Below, piece after piece: positions 61,813 through 64,000 of a stretch of DNA of 64,000 nucleotides. The notes under the pieces were generated by a model that was not told where the DNA came from, did no database searches, and saw only the letters and a program-made list of their open reading frames with translations. The translations under genes and the position numbers were made by a program. Positions within the stretch are counted from its first letter, which is position 1. The number at the start of each line of letters is the position of its first letter. This DNA is from a virus (taxonomy: Duplodnaviria > Caudoviricetes): IMG/VR virus record IMGVR_UViG_2706795806_000001, positions 1-64,000 of that record; one strand, given 5' to 3'.

Positions 61813-61906
61813 TCTGTAGCTGATGGACGTAAGGTATGGGCTTATAATCCAACCGACAAGGATAAGGTATGGTAAGCGAGTGATCATTAGCTTCCCTACA
61901 GAACCA
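61813..61906 (+). ncRNA. tRNA-like RNA: acceptor stem + ACCA without a canonical T-arm
   Basis: TCTGTAG/CTACAGA-ACCA. Confidence 0.4.
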
Positions 61907-61993
61907 ATTTAGGTAAAGAACCTTAAACACTCTGTTGAGATGTTAAGAGGACAACTGGAGCTGAGAACCTAACTCATTTAATAGCTCCTTTTC

Positions 61994-62067
61994 GCTGGTA
62001 TCGTATAATGGTATTACGCTTGTTTTGTAATCAAGTCATGGCAGTTCGATTCTGTCTACCAGCACCA
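61994..62067 (+). tRNA. tRNA-Thr(TGT)
   Basis: Loop TTTGTAA, CCA. Confidence 0.85.
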
Positions 62068-62098
62068 AGATTCGTTGTATATTAAGAGGTGTATTTTG

Positions 62099-62398
62099 AT
62101 GGAACATTTAGCTTTAGGTAAATATATTTTAGTTGAGTTGGCAAGTGATGAGAAAGTTTCAAAGGGTGGTATTTTACTTCCTGATGATCAAGTTCAAGCT
62201 GACTGTAAACGATCTCGTGTAGTCTCTGTATCAGAAGATTTACTTGAGATGTATTCACAAAAAAATCGTAAGTTCCCATTAAAGGTTGGTGATATTGTAT
62301 ATCATGCCTTCCATATTGGTACACCACTTACAACACATGATGACAAGAAGTTGACAGCGATTCATATCGACAACGTGTTATCTGTGGAAATCGGTTGA
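62099..62398 (+). CDS. groES: GroES-like co-chaperonin
   Basis: LG..ILVE....E.VSKGGILLP...VVSV...LKVGD.V. Confidence 0.85.
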   Translation: MEHLALGKYILVELASDEKVSKGGILLPDDQVQADCKRSRVVSVSEDLLEMYSQKNRKFPLKVGDIVYHAFHIGTPLTTHDDKKLTAIHIDNVLSVEIG

Positions 62399-62399
62399 T

Positions 62400-62474
62400 A
62401 GGTCGTTAGTGTAAAGGTTGCACAGTGGATTCCAAATCCTCTTGAATGGGTTCGATTCCTATACGATTCTGCCA
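62400..62474 (+). tRNA. tRNA-Trp(CCA)
   Basis: Loop TTCCAAA, GCCA end. Confidence 0.8.
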
Positions 62475-62533
62475 AATTAAGCGTTGCATCGTTTAATCAA
62501 ACTTAAAGTTTGAACCTTAATCAAACTGGCAAT

Positions 62534-62607
62534 TGTCGTATGGTGTAATGGTAGCACCTCAGAATTTGACTCTGATAGCGAAGGTTCGATCCCTTCTACG
62601 ACTTCCA
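62534..62607 (+). tRNA. tRNA-Gln(TTG)
   Basis: TCAGA-ATTTGAC-TCTGA, CCA. Confidence 0.85.
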
Positions 62608-62609
62608 AT

Positions 62610-62684
62610 GTAGTCTTAGGTTATATGGTAAACCCACAGGTTGTGACCCTGAAAAACATGGTTCGAGTCCATGAGATTGCACCA
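62610..62684 (+). tRNA. tRNA-His(GTG)
   Basis: CAGG-TTGTGAC-CCTG; A73 with T at -1. Confidence 0.85.
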
Positions 62685-62686
62685 AT

Positions 62687-62763
62687 TGATCGGAAGCTAA
62701 AGTGGAGGAAGCACTGGACTTTTAATCCAGATAAAGAGGGTTCAACTCCCTCCCGATCAACCA
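62687..62763 (+). tRNA. tRNA-Lys(TTT)
   Basis: CTGGA-CTTTTAA-TCCAG, CCA. Confidence 0.88.
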
Positions 62764-62764
62764 G

Positions 62765-62916
62765 ATTTATTACTGGGACAATTTAGATGATGAAGGCGTT
62801 CAGTCGCTCTTATGTCAATAGGTTAAGTGGGTTCGATTCCCTAGCTGTGGTCAGCACAACCGAAATTCTAGACTTCACATATTAGTGTTTGTGTTTAGAT
62901 TGTCCCAGTAATAAAT
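62765..62916 (+). ncRNA. Candidate long-stem RNA with internal T-loop
   Basis: 24-nt terminal inverted repeat enclosing GGG-TTCGATT-CCC. Confidence 0.45.
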
Positions 62917-62927
62917 TTGTTTTAGGA

Positions 62928-63003
62928 GAGCCATAATCTAAAGGCTCGAAGAGACGATCTGCAACATCGTTGTTAGTGAGTTGAAGTCTCACATGGTTCT
63001 CCA
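62928..63003 (+). tRNA. tRNA-Cys(GCA), atypical
   Basis: ACGAT-CTGCAAC-ATCGT; T-loop TTGAAGT; TCCA end. Confidence 0.7.
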
Positions 63004-63015
63004 AAGTAAATTAAA

Positions 63016-63090
63016 GCGTGTGTCGTATAGTGGCAATTATAGGTGGCTTCCAACCATCGGACGAGGGTTCGATTCCCTCCACCCGCACCA
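63016..63090 (+). tRNA. tRNA-Gly(TCC)
   Basis: Loop CTTCCAA, CCA. Confidence 0.88.
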
Positions 63091-63096
63091 AATTTT

Positions 63097-63172
63097 GTTC
63101 TCATCGTCTAACTGGTCAGGATGCCACACTCTCAATGTGGTGATTTGGGTTCGATCCCCAATGAGAATACCA
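63097..63172 (+). tRNA. tRNA-Glu(CTC)
   Basis: CCACA-CTCTCAA-TGTGG, CCA. Confidence 0.85.
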
Positions 63173-63178
63173 AACAAT

Positions 63179-63253
63179 GCTCTATTCGTCTAATGGCTAG
63201 GATTTCTCCCTTTCAAGGAGAAGAAGAGGGATCGAAACCCTCATAGAGTACCA
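63179..63253 (+). tRNA. tRNA-Glu(TTC)
   Basis: TCTCC-CTTTCAA-GGAGA; T-loop ATCGAAA. Confidence 0.85.
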
Positions 63254-63266
63254 AATTGGAGGTTGT

Positions 63267-63497
63267 ATGATTGAAGATGTTTTACTTTCAGATATTGATT
63301 GTGTTTCAAATTGTGGTTTAGGTAACTATATGTTCAAAACCATTACAAGATCATACACCTTAAACGTACCAAAGAAAACTCTCCTGAGATTCATTAAAAA
63401 GGAAGGTGGCTTTGGTATGACAGAAGATTGGTTTGATAAAACCATTGTTCTTAATGATGAAGAATTTAATAAGCTTAAACAAAAGCTTTGTATATAA
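63267..63497 (+). CDS. Hypothetical protein
   Basis: GGAGG RBS between tRNA genes. Confidence 0.55.
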   Translation: MIEDVLLSDIDCVSNCGLGNYMFKTITRSYTLNVPKKTLLRFIKKEGGFGMTEDWFDKTIVLNDEEFNKLKQKLCI

Positions 63498-63498
63498 T

Positions 63499-63575
63499 GC
63501 TCAGGTAAGAGAATTGGCATATCGCACAGTCTTAGAAACTGTGATTTGTGGGTTCGAGTCCCACCCTGAGTACCA
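63499..63575 (+). tRNA. tRNA-Leu(TAG), short variable loop
   Basis: ACAGT-CTTAGAA-ACTGT, CCA. Confidence 0.85.
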
Positions 63576-63581
63576 AATAAT

Positions 63582-63658
63582 GATCGGGTAGGCTAACTGG
63601 CAAAGCTGACAGACTTAAAATCTGTTGTTTGTGGGTTCGACTCCCACCCCGATTACCA
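63582..63658 (+). tRNA. tRNA-Leu(TAA), short variable loop
   Basis: ACAGA-CTTAAAA-TCTGT, CCA. Confidence 0.85.
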
Positions 63659-63672
63659 ATGGAGATTCTGAT

Positions 63673-63933
63673 ATGAAACTTAGAGATATTGTACTTCACG
63701 TTTGTATGAATAACAGTCATCGTGAAATGGTTATACACCAAAGACTCAGAGAGTTTGCTCTGGATGGTGCAGTTATTTTAAAGCGTTCAAAGACTATGGC
63801 TATAGTTGGAGAGGAAGAGCATATCTTTAAGACTGAAGAAGAGATTCAACAAGGACGTTGTTTAAGTTACAACATCACAAGAGTTGAAGGATTCGTACCA
63901 GAAAGTTTAAAGAGACAAATTCGAATTATTTAA
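63673..63933 (+). CDS. Hypothetical protein
   Basis: GGAG RBS. Confidence 0.55.
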   Translation: MKLRDIVLHVCMNNSHREMVIHQRLREFALDGAVILKRSKTMAIVGEEEHIFKTEEEIQQGRCLSYNITRVEGFVPESLKRQIRII

Positions 63934-63943
63934 GAGGTGTTTT

Positions 63944-64000
63944 ATGAAAGTGTTCCAAAATGTATTAGTTAAGTTTGGTGCTACGTGGTGTAACCCATGT
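63944..64000 (+). CDS. Thioredoxin (5' partial)
   Basis: MKVFQNVLVKFGATWCNPC with WCxPC motif; runs off the window. Confidence 0.8.
   Translation, partial: MKVFQNVLVKFGATWCNPC

Noticed and set aside
59973-63658. Suppressor tRNA or stop-codon recoding
   Set aside because: Anticodons TGA, TAG and TAA read Ser/Leu codons; no CTA, TTA or TCA anticodon; genes are intact under the standard code
60980-63741. ORFs overlapping tRNA genes (60980, 61724, 62981, 63532, and the 5' part of 63625)
   Set aside because: Spurious translations of tRNA sequences

Overview
This window is 64 kb of an AT-rich lytic dsDNA phage genome (large myovirus-type organisation; no capsid, tail or lysis genes in view). A Gammaproteobacterial host such as Acinetobacter is only suggested by low GC and the pilin-like N-terminus. 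1-27 kb is the replication and nucleotide-metabolism arm: dCMP deaminase, T7-like primase-helicase and family A polymerase, exonucleases, HNH, a single-ORF NrdB-NrdA ribonucleotide reductase fusion, ThyA, DHFR, DNA ligase, SF1 helicase and dNMP kinase. 27.9-41.4 kb is a likely counter-defence block: protein kinase, Rnl1/Pnk/phosphoesterase/Rnl2 RNA repair, macrodomain, Prs-like plus Nampt-like NAD reconstitution pair, and PspA. 43.3-53.8 kb is an early host-takeover region built from repeated promoter+leader+ORF cassettes, including an ArdA-like gene and a candidate GGA-rich sRNA. 53.8-59.2 kb is a minus-strand operon of small genes, including a type IV pilin mimic. 59.9-63.7 kb holds 21 tRNA genes interspersed with non-tRNA structured RNA candidates, GroES and the start of a thioredoxin. 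Best novelty candidates: the pilin decoy, the beta-alpha RNR fusion with a Glu first metal ligand, the tRNA-mimic ncRNAs, the putative CsrA-sponge sRNA, and promoters built into hairpins or terminators. All calls come from reading motifs by eye; no database searches were run.
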